A DNA stretch of 50,579 nt, from positions 1 through 50,579 of the forward strand of contig JALVJB010000197.1 of the NCBI GenBank assembly GCA_027034115.1. The letters run 5' to 3'. Below, piece after piece: positions 47,869-50,579 of this stretch. Origin of the DNA: Acidilobaceae archaeon. GTDB lineage: Archaea; Thermoproteota; Thermoprotei_A; Sulfolobales; Acidilobaceae. Below the pieces are notes generated by a model. It saw only the letters and a program-made list of their open reading frames with translations, had not been told where the DNA came from and did not search any database. Each line of letters starts with the position of its first letter. Position 1 is the stretch's first letter. A program made the translations under genes and the position numbers.

Positions 47869-48774
47869 ATGGCTAAAGGCTGCGAGCTATGCTTTACAGG
47901 AGCTAAGAGCGTGATATTTATTACCGGGCTATGCGACGACGGATGCTACTATTGCCCAGTTAGCAGGGATAGACTCAATAGAGATGTATTTTATGTCAAC
48001 GAGGTCCCAGTCTCAACAGTTAGCGAGGTAATCCTCGAGCTAGCCCGTAGCGGGTCTCGGGGAGCTAGTATAACGGGAGGAGATCCACTAGTTAGAAGTG
48101 ATAGAACGGTTAAACTAGTGAGAGCAGTCAAGGAGCACTTTGGCGGCAATTTCCACATTCATCTTTATACCAGCGGTAGATATGCGACTATTGACGTGCT
48201 ACGGGCCCTTGACAAGGCCGGGCTAGACGAGATAAGATTCCACCCCACTAGAGCAGAATTCCTGTCGAGGGCAAAAGCAGCTAAAGAGAATACAAGCATG
48301 GCTGTCGGCATCGAGGTGCCAGTAGCCCCACACATAGAAGAATGGGTCAAGGATATAATCATGAGGGCTAATTCGCTCAGTCTCGACTTCGTAAACCTAA
48401 ACGAGATGGAGTTCGTAGAGCCAAATGCCAGAGCCCTTCTTGCCAGAGGGCTAAGGGAATCTCCCACTAGGCCATTTACAGTTAAGGGGTCTCTCGAAAC
48501 AGCCATTCGGATAATAAGCTGGGCCAAGGAGAGCGTGGAGATACCGGTTCACTTCTGCCCCGCCACCTTCAAGGATAATATTCAGACTCGGAATAGGCTC
48601 GTGATAGCTAGTCTCCGGGATCTAAGGTGGAACGAGGAACCATTAGCTTCTGGCACCCTGCTAGAGTACTCGTGTATAGCTGGGAAAGGAGTACTAGTTA
48701 AGAGGGAAGTATACCCTACCCCCAATAGGCGCCCCATTGTGGCTGAAGAGGTAGTCGGTGACTGCTCGGACTAA
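47869..48774 (+). CDS. Radical SAM protein (uncharacterised archaeal family)
   Basis: CDDGCYYC (CxxxCxxC), ITGGDP, HLYTSG, GLDEIRFH, NLNEME. Confidence 0.9.
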   Translation: MAKGCELCFTGAKSVIFITGLCDDGCYYCPVSRDRLNRDVFYVNEVPVSTVSEVILELARSGSRGASITGGDPLVRSDRTVKLVRAVKEHFGGNFHIHLYTSGRYATIDVLRALDKAGLDEIRFHPTRAEFLSRAKAAKENTSMAVGIEVPVAPHIEEWVKDIIMRANSLSLDFVNLNEMEFVEPNARALLARGLRESPTRPFTVKGSLETAIRIISWAKESVEIPVHFCPATFKDNIQTRNRLVIASLRDLRWNEEPLASGTLLEYSCIAGKGVLVKREVYPTPNRRPIVAEEVVGDCSD

Positions 48775-48823
48775 ACATTTAGGCTCGAAGAGCTAACACG
48801 CCCGATCTCTCGGAGAGGAAAAC

Positions 48824-50122
48824 TTGGCCAGGATCCGGTATAGGCCTCCGAGAGGCTTCCGCGATTTTACCCCGGACATAATGATTCTAAGGAAGCAGCT
48901 ACTATCAAAGCTTGAAACCGTGTTCCAGAGGTACGGTTTCGATCCAATAGACACGCCGGCCGTCGAATACTGGGAAACCCTAGCTGGCAAGTACGGCGAG
49001 GAAGCCGAGAGCAGGCTCATCTGGAGGTTCCGGGATCCCTGGAGCAACAAGGACTACGCCCTGAGATACGATCTAACAGTGCCACTAGCCAGGTTCATTT
49101 CCAATCACCAGGACCTACCCCTGCCTTTCAAGAGATACCATATAGGCCCCGTCTGGAGGCATGAGGAACCACAGAAAGGGAGGTACAGGGAGTTTTACCA
49201 GTGCGATGCAGACATAGTGGGATCCCCCTACCCGGAAGCGGACGCTGAAATAGTAAATCTAACCGTCGACGCGCTCGCAGTGCTGGGCTTTGAGAAGGGC
49301 TATAGGGTTAGGCTGAATGACAGGAGGCTCCTAAGGGGGATCTATGAGGAGGAGCTGCAAATCGAGAATCCCTTACCAGTTTACAGAGCTGTGGATAAGC
49401 TGGATAAGATAGGGTTAGAGGGGGTTAGACGGGAGCTGGATAAGCTCGGATTGGAAGAGAACAAAATACTAAAAATTATTGAATTATTAAATCTCAGAGG
49501 GCACCCGGAAGAACTCATATCACTCATATCCAGGAAATACCAGGGTAACAAGGACGTCGAAAGCGCACTGGATCATTTATCCCAAATACTAGACCTCGTA
49601 AACACTCCAGGCTTCGTCGAATTAGACTTAAGCCTCGTGAGAGGACTAGATTATTATACAGGCCCAATAGTCGAGGTAGTCCTAGATAAACCCAGAATAG
49701 GAAGCGTCGCTGGAGGAGGAAGGTACGATAACCTAATACAATTATTCCTGGGCAAACAAATGCCAGCTACTGGGGTAAGCGTCGGAATCGAGAGAATAAT
49801 AGACGCCGGCCTAGAGCTAGGAATCTATCAGCTAGCCAGGAAAACAATCGCCAAGGCCCAAGTTATAGTCCTAGATCCGGCATATTACAAGTATGCATGG
49901 AAAATAGCAAACTTGTTGAGATCGCTCGGAATAAACACTAGGATAGACCTTTCGCGCGCAAAAGAGAGAACACAAAGGAAAAAGGCGCTACGCCAAGGAA
50001 TCCAATATCTAGTCTTCATCGGAAAGAAGGAGGCCGAGTCCGGCAAGGTCACGATATACGACTCGGCGACAGGGAAGAGAACAGAAGTGAGCGTTGACTC
50101 GCTGAGCCCAGAAATGTTCTAG
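48824..50122 (+). CDS. hisS: Histidine--tRNA ligase
   Basis: PRGFRD, LRYDLTVP, RHEEPQKGRYREFYQCD, RGLDYYTG, GGGRYD. Confidence 0.97.
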   Translation: MARIRYRPPRGFRDFTPDIMILRKQLLSKLETVFQRYGFDPIDTPAVEYWETLAGKYGEEAESRLIWRFRDPWSNKDYALRYDLTVPLARFISNHQDLPLPFKRYHIGPVWRHEEPQKGRYREFYQCDADIVGSPYPEADAEIVNLTVDALAVLGFEKGYRVRLNDRRLLRGIYEEELQIENPLPVYRAVDKLDKIGLEGVRRELDKLGLEENKILKIIELLNLRGHPEELISLISRKYQGNKDVESALDHLSQILDLVNTPGFVELDLSLVRGLDYYTGPIVEVVLDKPRIGSVAGGGRYDNLIQLFLGKQMPATGVSVGIERIIDAGLELGIYQLARKTIAKAQVIVLDPAYYKYAWKIANLLRSLGINTRIDLSRAKERTQRKKALRQGIQYLVFIGKKEAESGKVTIYDSATGKRTEVSVDSLSPEMF

Positions 50123-50224
50123 GCTAGTGGTTTCTCTCATTCTATCCCGTTTTACTAATTCTCACATGCAATCTACGTATCTTTTAAGTGGGGGGAAACT
50201 TGTTTCCCACATGGTGTAAGGGTA

Positions 50225-50579
50225 TTGGCTCCTCAAAAAAGGTATGTAATATGGCTAGAAGAGGCGGGCAAAGAACTCCACGAGAAAGTGGGTGGTAAGG
50301 CGGCAGGACTAGGAGAAATGATCAAGGCTGGCATCCCCGTGCCGCCAGGATTTGTGGTCACCAGTGATGCCTACAAGGACTTCGTCCTCGAAACAGGGAT
50401 AGCCGGGTATATCAAGCACATACTAGAAACCGTGATTGTTAGCGGTAAGCCGCAGGAATACGAGAAAGCCAGCGAGCTCATCCGAAGCAAGTTCATGAGA
50501 GCAACAGTCCCCCACGCCATCAGGGAGCAGATAATAGAGGCATACCGTGAACTCGCTAAGAAGACCGGAGTGGAGAATC
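50225..50579 (+). CDS. ppsA: Phosphoenolpyruvate synthase, 5' part (runs off window end)
   Basis: TTG 50225: MAPQKRYVIWLEEAGKELHEKVGGKAAGLGEMIKAGIPVPPGFVVTSDAY; not in the ORF track. Confidence 0.88.
   Translation, partial: MAPQKRYVIWLEEAGKELHEKVGGKAAGLGEMIKAGIPVPPGFVVTSDAYKDFVLETGIAGYIKHILETVIVSGKPQEYEKASELIRSKFMRATVPHAIREQIIEAYRELAKKTGVEN

Overview
Core chromosomal segment of a hyperthermophilic crenarchaeon (Thermoproteota). Gene content such as CC1, a long DUF2258/ThermoDBP-RP protein and an intron-split cbf5 points to an Aeropyrum-like Desulfurococcales organism. It is densely packed with housekeeping genes: archaeal CoA and NAD biosynthesis (coaBC-nadE-PoK-PPS), lipid reductase, Hsp20, peptide-fermentation enzymes (IOR, ADP-forming acyl-CoA synthetase, a second 2-oxoacid:ferredoxin oxidoreductase, ETF, thiolase), a MoxR/DUF58 cluster, the secY-adk-L34e-cmk-L14e-cbf5 operon, asnS, hisS and the start of ppsA. 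There are four tRNAs, one with a 24-nt intron. No integrase, transposase or CRISPR array was seen. The most interesting items are not shown by the ORF track: (1) a 40-nt bulge-helix-bulge intron splitting the catalytic Asp codon of cbf5; (2) a tandem pair of double-guide box C/D sRNAs whose guides fit the 16S 5' domain and the 23S peptidyl-transferase centre; (3) two small genes below the ORF cut-off (CC1 and a 56-aa membrane protein); (4) a membrane-anchored protein with a caspase/gingipain-type His-Cys signature; (5) a stand-alone encapsulated-ferritin-type gene without an encapsulin; and (6) recurrent, sharply bounded near-pure A/T patches inside otherwise GC-balanced conserved genes. All family assignments come from motif recognition and recall; no database search was run.
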